NCBI RefSeq assembly: GCF_006345805.1
Contig: NC_043003.1
Span: 70,742,001-70,806,000, forward strand
Direction: 5' to 3'
Source: Octopus sinensis
Taxonomy: Eukaryota
Length of the DNA stretch: 64,000 nucleotides
The position numbers and the translations under genes were made by a program. Position 1 is the first letter of the stretch, and every line of letters begins with the position of its first letter. The notes below the pieces were generated by a model. The model did no database searches. It worked only from the letters and a program-made list of their open reading frames with translations, and had not been told where the DNA came from. Below are positions 12,283 to 22,568 of the stretch, piece by piece.

Positions 12283-12451
12283 TTAGTGAGGGAAGAATGG
12301 AGCTGAACGAAGATTCTACATATTCCTTTGATTATTTTCTACACAGTTTCATTTATCCGAATTTGGAATTTTTCGGCCTTTGACACATGTGTAGAAAATA
12401 ATAAAAGGAATTATGTATATCTCGTTCAGCTCCATTTCTTCCCTTCACTAA
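12283..12451. mobile_element. Foldback/MITE-like hairpin, ~65-bp arms
   Basis: TTAGTGAGGGAAGAATGGAGCTGAACGA...ATTTTCTACACA versus TGTGTAGAAAAT...TCGTTCAGCTCCATTTCTTCCCTTCACTAA. Confidence 0.75.
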
Positions 12452-12599
12452 ATATATTGAACTTCAATTATCCGCGCTAAGGCACGGTTGATACACCCCA
12501 ATGTCGTAACTTCACCGTGTTTTTTCTGTTGTGATTTTTGCTACCCGGATCGGTTAAATTTATGAATATATTATAAATATTCATTTAATATATTCAATA

Positions 12600-12634
<35 letters not shown>

Positions 12635-12719
12635 ACTTAGAATAACTTAGAAAGGTTTTTGGCCAGTATTGGCCCAGGCCATGTCTAACTTAATAGCACC
12701 ACCTGCGAAGTCTTTCAGT

Positions 12720-15700
12720 TCAGGATTTGGGCACCAAGGCCCATTCGAGCAGAGAGTTATTGTTTGCGGAGACATATCCGGGTGTGGGTGGTTTGTCCGG
12801 TACTGTTTGAAGGAATTTGTCCAAAGACTTCTTGAATTTTGTGTGGTCAGTTTCTTTTTTGACGTGTCCTGGTGTAATGTTGAAGAGAGCGGGTCAATTG
12901 AGGTGAAATAGTTGTGCCGTATTGTCGTTATGTGATGCGATTTAGATTTTTGTTGTGGACGGATGGCATGTGGTCCAAGCCTTGGATGCATTTTGAAGGT
13001 GATGCCAACATCATTCGGACAGTGCTGATGGAATATTTTCCACATCATACAGATAATGTAGCGTTCACGGCGTCGTTGGAGTGAATACAATTTCAGCTTC
13101 TCTAGTCTACCCCAGTAGTCAAGGTCTGACATGCCATCTATCTTTTTGTGATTGACCTTTGGGGAGCTTCAATTCTCATAATATTTTGTTTTGTGTAGGG
13201 AGACCACAGTGGACAGCAGTATTCAAGGTGGGGTCGGGCAAAAGTGGAGAAGAGAAGGATAATAGCGTGGGAATCTCTCGACTGGAAGGTTCTGAGAATC
13301 CAGGAACACATTCTGCGGGCCATGTCAACTTTGCTGCTTATATGTGTAGCCCAGCTTATGTTGTTGTCCACTGTTACTCCCAGGTCTCTGATGTTGTTGG
13401 ATGCCATGAGAATTTCTCCAGAAGGAAGAGAGTATGGGAGTTTCAGAGCGTCCTCCCTTCCAAAGTGGATCAGTTCGAATTTGTCTTCATTTAGCAACAT
13501 GTTATTCTTTTCCGCCCATTGGACAACAGCCAGTAGGTCTGACTGAAGGTTTATTCGGTCATCCACGCCATTGATGACCTTCTGGAGCTTGGAATCATCA
13601 GCGAAGGTTCTGATGTTGCTGTGTTTGATGGTGTCAGTAATATCATTTATGTAGATGATGAAGAGAAGTGGGCCCAACACAGTGCCTTGTGGGACACCAC
13701 TGCTGACTTTGGCTGGGCTGGATTTGACTCCTTCGACTACAACATGTTGGGTTCTGTTAGAGAGGAAGCACTTGATCCATTGCAGCAGCTTTCCAGTGAC
13801 ACCAATATTGGACAGCTTTCTCAGAAGGATCTTATGATCAACCCTGTCAAAGGCCTTGCTGAAATCAAGGTAGATGACATCAGTGTTGGAACCCTCTCCC
13901 AAGGCTCTCAAAATGTCATCAAAATGATGCAGTAGCTGCGTCAGGCAATCTCTCCCATTACGGAATCCATGCTGGTTGGGGTTCAGCATATTATGACTCT
14001 CAAGGAAGTGAGTCATACGCGATCTCAGCACCCTCTCAAATACCTTGATGATATGAGAGGTGAGTGAGATTGGACGGTAATTCACGGCAAGCGATTTGTT
14101 TCCTTTTTTGAAAACTGGGACAACAGACTGGGATAGAAGGTCTTCTGGTATATATCCAGCATCCAATGAGTTCCGCCACAGATTGGCTAGAGGGGGTGCA
14201 AGTTGGTTTTGACACATCTTCAAGACACAAGCAGGGAACCTATCGGGACCTACTGCTGAATTATGCTTCATTTCCTTTATTGCTGCTAAGACATCAGGAG
14301 CGCCAAATGTTATGTCCGATAAAGTGTATTGGGGAGTAACATCACTGATACAGCCCAGATCAGTCATATCAGGATTGCTGAAAACAGAGCAATATTGTTT
14401 CTGCAATATTTCTCCCATGGTTTTGGCATTGTCTTGAAGAGTACCATTTTCATCAATCAGAGGGCCAACAGTAGAACCAGTGACTCTGTGTTTTTTTGCA
14501 AATGAAAAGAACACTTTGGGATTGAGTTTGATCTTCTCAATGGCCCAGGCCTCTTCAGCTCTTCGCTGACTATTGATGATAGACATCATGTTGTTTTGGA
14601 GTTTATGTTTTTTAATCTCTAGCGACGAGATGGCAGTCAGGTTGGTGTGTTGCTGTTGACAGTATTTCAGCATGTTGATCTTTTTGTTGATTCTTTTAAT
14701 TTTCCTTATGAGAGATTTTCTATTTCTAGGGATTCGACACTTAGATTTGTTTGCAGATCTTAATGGGGTGTGTCTTGCACATATGTTCGTGATGGTGTCT
14801 ACAAGTGACTGCCAGGACTTTTTGATGTTAGTGGGTGTGTATGTGTGCGTGAAGGACCAATCGACTTGTGCAAGATCATTATTGATCGCTTCCCAGTTTG
14901 CATTGTGGAAATCCATAGTGTCAAATGGATGAACAGGAGGGATGACATTTGTTTTGCATTTTGGCCAGTGAAATCTCAGATCACAGAGAACCATGTCATG
15001 GTCGGAGAGTAGGGTTTTCTCCACTGCAATATTGTGGATAGTATCAGTGTGATTGCTGAAAATTAAGTCTAAGACGTTTTTGTGACATCTCGTTGGTTCG
15101 AGTACCAGTTGGGACAAGAAGAAGTCATCCATGAAGTCAAGAAGCGATTCCACTGCCTCCCTGTCAGGGGTTGAGAGAGAAGAACCTGGCGGCAGACTGT
15201 TTGTAGACCAGTCAACCCCGGAAGGTTGAAATCTCCCATCATTAAAATGTTGTCAGGTTGACACTGCTGAATGAAACACTTTATGCTGTTGAGGCATTCC
15301 TTGAAGCATGGTAGGGGCGTTTGGGGTGGTCTGTAGAGCCCAACTACTGTTAAGTTGTTGGTTTGACTGAATACAGCGACTGCTTCGCAGTATCCATTCG
15401 AAAATATGTTCATGGCTTCTGTTGAGAATGAATCATGGACATAAATGGCAGTCCCACCCTTTCTTCTGCCAACACGATCAGCACGAATGGTTTTGAAATT
15501 TTTAACTTTCACCTCGGCTTCCAAGTGGAGGTCACTAAGATGGGTTTCAGTGAGGACGAAGAAAGGGATGTGGTTTGGATGGGCCTCGACCCAGTCCTCC
15601 AGGAATCTTATCTTCCATTTTGTGTATTGGTGGAAGGGCTGATGCCTTGGGCATTAAGCAGAAATGTTGAGGCGAGAGTGGATGGTTTTAATTGTTTTGG

Positions 15701-15733
15701 TGATTTGTTTATTTGATTGCTTTTTAATGGCAT
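12720..15733 (-). CDS. LINE ORF2 (APE endonuclease + reverse transcriptase), ~1005 aa after restoring four single bases
   Basis: EN motifs LNAQG, LTETHL, RADR..RKGGTAIYV, MGDFNLP, EPTR, LDLIF. RT motifs YRPISLTS, NQHGFR, YLDFSKAFDRVDH, GVPQGTVLGPLLF, FADD, LEYCCPLWSP, YSLQRRRERY. 3014 nt + 4 = 3018, which is divisible by 3. Confidence 0.92.
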
Positions 15734-16940
15734 GTGTAGTGGGGTAATAGTGGTGGATGGCGGTGGGTGATAGCTCGGATGTTTTTTTTCAGTTCTTTTG
15801 CTAGATTCATTATAGCTAAAAAAGAGGAAGAAGAGGTGGTTTCCTGTCTAGGGAACCGCAGGTGACTGTGGCCGCGGCTATTTTTATGTGAGTGGTTATC
15901 TTTAAATGTCCGACGAGTCCCCGGAGATGGGTAAAGGGGCAATCCCTGTGCAAGCACAATCTGTCTCGCTGGGAATAGCGGCAGATTTGGGGATTCCTTG
16001 TTTGAGATATTGGTGGTTGTGGTGATGTTGTATTATGGTGGTTGCTGTTGTAGTTTGTGGGGATAGAGCGTTTTGTTCCAGGTAAATGGGTGAATTTGCA
16101 GTCTCTATCAGTGCACAGTCTATGGCGAAGAGAATATCGGCAAATGATGGGGTTTCGAGTGGGTGTGTAGGTGCGTGTGTGTGTGTGAGCTGTGAAAGGT
16201 GTAGATGATAGTTTGTTGAAGTTTTGGCGACCTTTGTGACCTGTAGGAGGTAAATTCCTTGAGATAGCATTAGTAGTAGTAGCTGTAGTAGTAGTAGTAG
16301 TAGTAGGTAGAAGAGATGTTGACAGTGGTAATGATTGAGGAGGTCGATTCCAAGACAAAGATGTTTGTCGATATATAGTGGGAGTAGTACTAGTAGTAGT
16401 AAGCAGAGGAGATGGTGTTGACAATGATGATGATTGAGCTGCTGGGGCAGTGAAAGGAAGGGGTGGTGCTTCCTGCTGTGTGACCCTGATGACTGGGGGG
16501 TCAATCGTTTCATTTAGCAAATCGGCCATTGTAGATGAATCAAGGAGTGGTTCATCCTGTTGTTGTTGTTGTTGCCTCTGAGGTTGTTGCTGCTGAAGTT
16601 GTTGTTGTTGCTGTAGCTGTTGTTGTTGTTGTTGCTGCTGAGTTTGTTGTTGTTGAGGTTGTTGTTGTTGTTGTTGCGCTGGTGATGCGTTCGAAGAGAA
16701 AACACATCTCAGTTTATCGAAGTGTTTATTTATTAATTTAAAAGCAACTTCGATTTGTTTTAATTTATTTTGGATCTGCTGTTCAGATCGAGTTTGCAAA
16801 TGGTGAACTGTTCGTTTGGCAATTTCGTTCAGACACGAAGCACCTATGCTCTCTGTTTCGGTAAGGCCATGCCATGTGTTGATAAGAACGTCGACTTCAT
16901 TATCAGACCAGTTTTTGTTGGATTTTTGGTGGCTAGCCAT
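15724..16940 (-). CDS. LINE ORF1 protein, ~405 aa after restoring one C near 15923: Myb/SANT-like domain, poly-Q, Thr/Pro-rich linker, two CCCH zinc fingers
   Basis: WSDNEVDVLINTW...EIAKR...RSEQQIQNKLKQI; fingers C-RYSLRHRL-C-TDRD-C-KFT-H and C-RYSQRDRL-C-LHRD-C-PFT-H. Track ORFs 15816..16940 and 15724..15957 join with +1 nt (1217+1=1218 nt). Confidence 0.85.
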
Positions 16941-17010
16941 TCTGGTTGATATGTTTTATTAAATTTTATTTTGTTCGTTCGTTTTGTTGATTACTTTTAA
17001 TTATTATTAT

Positions 17011-17047
<37 letters not shown>

Positions 17048-17417
17048 GAGAAGTATGTAGAATTGATTGTACAGAATGTTTGTTGTAATACTGAGAAGTT
17101 TGTATTTGAATTATGAGCTTGTAGTTATTTTATCTTTCTTTTCTTTTCTTTTTTTTTTTCCCTCTTTTTCTAATTTTTAATGTGTGGGTGATCCTTTAGT
17201 TATCAGAAGGTGTTTGAAAATATTTGGTCGTTTGAAAATTATGAAAATAGTTTGTGGTTAAGGAAAAGTCTACTCACGAGTTGGGAAAAAGCGTGGTTTC
17301 AAATATACAGGAATATATGTGATGGTCAATTACGACGAATGTAGCTGTAAAGCTTGCTGCTGACCGGCGCAGAGAGGAGTAAAAACACGTCTTATCGTCT
17401 CAGCTTACAATGACTAT

Positions 17418-17446
<29 letters not shown>

Positions 17447-17448
<2 letters not shown>

Positions 17449-18110
17449 CTTACCTAGATCCAAGGCTCCTTCATGGGAATTTCAACATCAACAACAGGTT
17501 ATTTTTGTATGTATGTATGTATGTATGTATGTATGTATGTATGTATGTATGTATGTATGTATGTATGTATGTATGTATGTATGTATGTATGTATGTGTGT
17601 ATGTATGTACGTATGTATGTATGTATCTATGTATGTTTGTGTATGCATGTGCAGATTCGTATGTTTTACCTTTATATTCTCATGCATATAGTTGCATATC
17701 TAGACATACACTTTTATATTTAAATGACAAACTTTTGGAAAGTTTTACAGATTTTTACAGTTCCAGTGATGGATTGGATCTGTAGTCTTCGAATTAGCTT
17801 TCTCCTTTCTGATTTTGAGAAGCCTAATTTCTCAAGATTGGTATTTAGGCAGCGTGTTACATATTCCAGGTTCCCAATAATTACATGTATAAACCTGAAT
17901 TTGTAATCTGGATAGAGTAACTGCAGACTTCTCAGTAGTTCAGCATAGGTGTTCTCTTTTTCACTGATCCTCAGCTTTCTGTTAACATCCGCTGGGCAGT
18001 TAATTTCCACGCCTCTGCACAGCTTCTCTTCTCTATCCCAATTCATTATTATCAGGCCTGTTGAGCTTACATTTTATTGAGGTCTTCACTGGTACATTCC
18101 ACATGTATAT
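17447..18110 (-). mobile_element. 3' fragment of an R4/Dong-like non-LTR retrotransposon (restriction-like endonuclease and 3' UTR with a (TACA)n tract)
   Basis: WNVPVKTSIKCK.NRPD..WDREEKLC..VEINCPADVN..ISEKENTYAEL...YPDYKF...TGTVKICKTF*, a PD-(D/E)-type RLE C-terminus. Confidence 0.8.
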
Positions 18111-18576
18111 ATGTGTGTAAAATCTATTAATCTAAAATCTATTAATGTAATGTAATTGTATACAGAATATATCTTATACAATCTTTCTGAAACCAAATAA
18201 ATTCCGTGTTCCGTCTGACCGCAAGCTTTATTTCATTTTATTTCATTTATTTGTTATTATTTATTTTTTTCTACTTGTTCTGTATTTCCGTCCGTTCTAT
18301 AATATCATTTCTTCTTCAGAAATTTACCAGTATTACTCAGTTTTTAAATCTTCAGAATCAAGTTTAAGATAGTGATTCGTGTTTATCTATCTTGAAGCGA
18401 GCATCAATTGTCTTTGTTCGCTTCAGTTATGTGCTGTTAGGCATCTCGGCTTATTTTCTATGAACTTCAAATAAATTTCATTTCCTTATCTATACGTAAT
18501 ATAAAGCTTATTCTATCTGTAACATAAAATTGTACCTAGGCTGTCATATTTATGCATACAGCGTTTCTCTTCTAAG

Positions 18577-18586
18577 ATTATTATTA

Positions 18587-18646
<60 letters not shown>

Positions 18647-18654
18647 TATTATTA

Positions 18655-18727
<73 letters not shown>
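18577..18727. repeat. (ATT)n microsatellite, ~150 bp
   Basis: Seen directly. Confidence 0.95.
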
Positions 18728-20018
18728 TTCCTTATCAAATGAATGTTTATATGTATTTCGAGTTGCTCTTGTCATTGCCGTTTCTTATCCGCCAGACACA
18801 CCAAGAGCAAGCAAACCTTATGAATGAAAGTATTTCAGCGGTGGCCCTTTATTCAGATCTAGTTTATCTAAGTTCACCTAATCTAATATATGATTTTCTT
18901 AAGTGCAAGAAGGGAGGAAGGGAGATAACTCAAGGTGATCAGTGGAATGTATTTGAGCAACTTAGGCAAATATAGGCGTACCAAATACCATGCAACATAA
19001 ATTCTTGATTTATTTAAATTATCTCTACTTGTAGAGGATGTGTCACAATTACCAAATGGCAAATAAGACCAGCTCCATATAAGAAGGGGAGATAATGTCA
19101 AGAATAAAAAATTCTCAAAAACTGACATGCCATTAGGCCACAGGCCATGCTTGTTGTCTGGAGATAGGAAGACAATGTCGGAAACGTATTTCTGGCTCAA
19201 TCGCCGTCATGAACACGACAAAAGTTTAGAGTTTGTGTTTCGTGAGGAAGAAAGGAAGGAAGGAAGGAAGGAAGGAAGGAAGGTTGATTTTGGCTGCTAT
19301 TTTTAGCAGGTCGAGCGACCGCTTAGAGACCTCCTGCACTATTTGTTTGTTGCTGGAATTGGTTATGGTGGTAGTGGTGGTGTTTAGACCCAAGGGAGCC
19401 GTAATCGAATTCACCTATGAAGAAAGACATTCCAGTTATGACCATCTCGTTTTATGTTTACAAATGCAGACTCTTGTGCTGCACATTTAACGATGTCTTT
19501 TTATTCTTATGAGAATAAGAGTAGAAAGAAGAAGAGGAAGTTTAGCTGAGAACCTGCGTTCACTCTCATTTTCTGGTTTTTTGTTGTTGTTGTTGCTGCT
19601 GCTACTGTTATTATTTTGGAAATTGTTGTTGTTGCTAATGTCATTGTTCTTGTTCTTGCTCTTGTTGCCTACTGCTGCTGCTGCTGCTGTTGCCGTTATT
19701 CTCTTCGTTATTGCTTAAGCCTTTCTCAGCCGACATCAAGCTGCTATCAGACCAAAGACATTCCGATTGTGGCCATCTCGTGTGATTTCACACACTTTTG
19801 TATCTAAGAATACATTCTCCAGTGTTACTTGTTGTTTAACATAGTAGAATATTATTTGAGGGAGATATAGCTGCTATTTCTTACAGGCTTTTATGCCTTT
19901 ACATGTTTCAGTCATTGGACTGCGGCCATGCTGGAGTATCGTCTTGAAAGGCTCAATCGAACAAATCGAGCGCAGTACTTACTTTTTAAGCCTGGTACAT
20001 ATTCTATCTATCTATCTA

Positions 20019-20019
<1 letters not shown>

Positions 20020-20109
<90 letters not shown>

Positions 20110-20110
20110 T

Positions 20111-20153
<43 letters not shown>

Positions 20154-20157
20154 TATA
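20020..20157. repeat. Interrupted (TA)n microsatellite (one of dozens in the window)
   Basis: Seen directly. Confidence 0.95.
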
Positions 20158-20159
20158 CG

Positions 20160-20595
20160 CGTATACGCGTTATCTGACCGCACATGGGATACAACAAAGA
20201 GAGAAGAGCAGAGACTGGTAACGGCTCAAAGAGCCATGGAAAGGTCAATGCCTGGCATCTCGTTGAGTGAGCACATCAGTAGCGAGATCATCAGAAAGAA
20301 GTCCGGCGTGAGGGATGTCATCGCAGAGTATACACGCAGCAAGTTTAGATGGGCTGGACATGTCGCCCGGCTCACCGATAATCGGTGGACCCGTGCAGTT
20401 GTTGAGTGGTACCCGCGTGAGCGGAAACGACCACTCGGAAGGCCTCTACGACGGTGGAGTTACGATTTCAGGAGGACGATTGGGACCACGTGGATGAGAA
20501 AAGCGCAATCCAGAGAGCAGTGGACAGCGTGCTTTGACCAGCGGTGTCAAATGGACGCCCGACGGACTGGTCAGTTAAGGTGATCAAGGTCATAT
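20160..20595 (+). mobile_element. RTE-clade LINE 3' fragment (QRAMER type)
   Basis: AQRAMERSM..ISL..HI..EIIRKKSGV...KFRWAGHVAR..DNRWT...WYPR..KRPLGRP..RW. Confidence 0.85.
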
Positions 20596-20607
20596 ATATA
20601 TATATAG

Positions 20608-20975
20608 GGGCAGGAGTGGCTGTGTGGTAAGTAGCTTGCTTACCATCCACATGGTTCCGGGTTCAGTCCCACTGCGTGGCACCTTGGTTAAGTATCTTCT
20701 ACTATATACTCGGGCCTACCAAAGCCTTGTGAGTGGATTTGGTTGATGGAAACTGAACGAAGCCCATCGTATATATGTATGTGTGTGTGTGTGTCTGTGT
20801 TTGTCCGCCCACCATCGCTTGACAACCGATACTGGTGTGTTTACGTCTCCGTAACTTAACGGTTCGGCAAGACAGCTCGATAGAATAAGTACTAGGCTTA
20901 TGTCGATTAGTTCGACAAAGGCGGTGCTCCAGCATGGCCGCAGTCAAATGACTGAAGCAAATAAAGGAATAAATG
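20608..20975 (+). mobile_element. SINE family A, full copy
   Basis: GGGGCAGGAGTGGCTGTGTGGTAAG...GCAGTCAAATGACTGAAGCAAATAAA. Confidence 0.85.
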
Positions 20976-21414
20976 AATATATTATATATATATATATATA
21001 TGGGATGGTCACGGTTGAAAAGGCCGTGTAAAACAATAGCATAACACCACCATCGTCATTATCATCATTAATTACAGCAACAACAACAACATCATCGTCG
21101 TCGTTGTCATCGTTCGCCGTTGCAACCACCATCGTTGACATTGCCGTCGCCTGTTTTATCGTCTCAATATTTTTTTCTTTTCCTTTTTTTTTTCTATTGA
21201 TTTCTTTACTTTTCAACTTAGCAGATGGACAGTCCTAATTTCGGGGCAATGCTAAAATCTAACATTAATATCTTTCCTAGAATTAGCAATTCAAATAATT
21301 CGTAATCAAAACCATATTGCAGCCATTGCCGAGGGGAAAGCGATAATCCTTTACCCTCTGCTTCAAAGGGGTAGGTTTATCTCTCGCTATGCGACGCATT
21401 CCAACCGTCACCAT

Positions 21415-21652
21415 TGTTATATAATCATCACAACAAACATGAACAATCAACGTCGCCCATTGTCTCCCTTGATAAAAGGACTTTCACTTTGTTTCCCGCC
21501 AAAACAATTAACTTGTACAACAACGGCAGTCGAATAAAGTATCTCGTATCGTTAACACGTTGTTTCAGTCTCTCTCATTTTCTTAATCTTTCATACTAAG
21601 TACTCACTACTTCCTTTAATACTCAATACATTATATATATATAACAACAACA
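21415..21652 (+). repeat. 5' LTR of Gypsy element (238 bp)
   Basis: TGTTATATAATC...ACAACAACA; contains AATAAA; direct repeat of 25674-25917. Confidence 0.95.
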
Positions 21653-21663
21653 TGGTGTCAGAA
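21653..21663 (+). promoter_or_regulatory. Primer-binding site, tRNA-Leu type
   Basis: TGGTGTCAGAA immediately after the 5' LTR; complementary to the ...TTCTGACA-CCA 3' end of metazoan tRNA-Leu(CAA)-type tRNAs (recalled, not searched). Confidence 0.75.
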
Positions 21664-21729
21664 TACTAAAAGAACCCAAAATACAGAACCAAAGGAAAAA
21701 AGAAGTTGAAATCATACTTCAAAGACGAA

Positions 21730-22568
21730 ATGGAAAATTACCGCATCCAAAAGACCTAGACTTTAATCAGGAAAATCTAGCCGCAGCATGGAAAAAGTGG
21801 AAAAAAGAATTCAATCTCTTTTTGATAGCAACAGAAAGTGACATGAAGCCAGACAAAGTAAAAACTTCAATGTTTTTAACTTGCATCGGTTCTAAAGGCC
21901 GAGATATCCATTCCACACTGGATTTCGATTCACCCGACGAAGAAATGAACCTTCAGACAGTAATCGAAAAATTCGATGCATATTGTGAACCCAGGAAAAA
22001 CATAACTTTCCTAAGACACAAATTCTTCACATATGGACAAGCGGAACATCAAAAATTCGATGAGTACGTAGTAGAGTTGCGCCAAAAGGCACAACAGTGC
22101 GAATTCGGCAACCTCACAGACAGTCTCACCAAAGATATTCTGATATGTGGAATCAGAGACATGAGATTAAGAGAAAGATTATTGAGAGAACCAAATTTAG
22201 ACCTACAAAAAACAATTCAAGCAGGTCAGAGTGCAGAGCAAACACGACTCCAATCAAGGATGCTAAATGCCACATCCGAAACAAGAGATAACGAAATCTC
22301 GAGGGTATATAGTCAACACGACAGAAAAGGCGCCAAAACCCAAATAACCCGCCATATGCAATCCAGTCATCAAAACGAACAAGGCGGAAGTGACAGAAAG
22401 CCCGCGAAGTTTCAAGCGCCAAGTCAACACTACGTCACTAACTGTCACTATTGTGGTTATAATCACAAAAGAAATAAATGCCCAGCATTTCACAAGACAT
22501 GTGAAAAATGCAAGAAACAAGGACACTATGCAAAAATATGCAAATCAAGAAAATTTGTACATAAGTAG
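21730..22568 (+). CDS. gag: Gypsy gag (frameshifted near the start as assembled)
   Basis: With +1 A it reads MEKLPHPKDLDFNQENLAAAWKKWKKEF...FLTCIG; zinc knuckles CHYCGYNHKRNKCPA and CEKCKKQGHYAKIC. Confidence 0.88.

Larger units (their letters stand above)
12633..17415 (-). mobile_element. Apparently full-length APE-RT non-LTR retrotransposon (CR1-like group; possibly Proto2-related), ~4.8 kb
   Basis: 5' UTR, ORF1, overlapping ORF2 (EN+RT), ~85-nt 3' UTR and a (TTCTAAGTTA)2 tail; (TA)n on both flanks. The clade is tentative without an RT phylogeny. Confidence 0.93.

Noticed and set aside
13159-15716. + strand ORFs overlapping the LINE and - strand ORFs overlapping the Gypsy element
   Set aside because: Antisense shadows of the retrotransposon reading frames.
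19300-19420. Possible - strand terminal exon GEFDYGSLGSKHHHYHHNQFQQQTNSAGGL*
   Set aside because: Its end overlaps a dispersed repeat (CTCGACCTGCTAAAAATAGCAG, also near 29720), and no upstream exon could be joined in frame.
10724-21663. Link between the tRNA-iMet gene and the Gypsy primer-binding site
   Set aside because: The PBS (TGGTGTCAGAA) does not match the iMet 3' end, which would require TGGTAGCAGAG.
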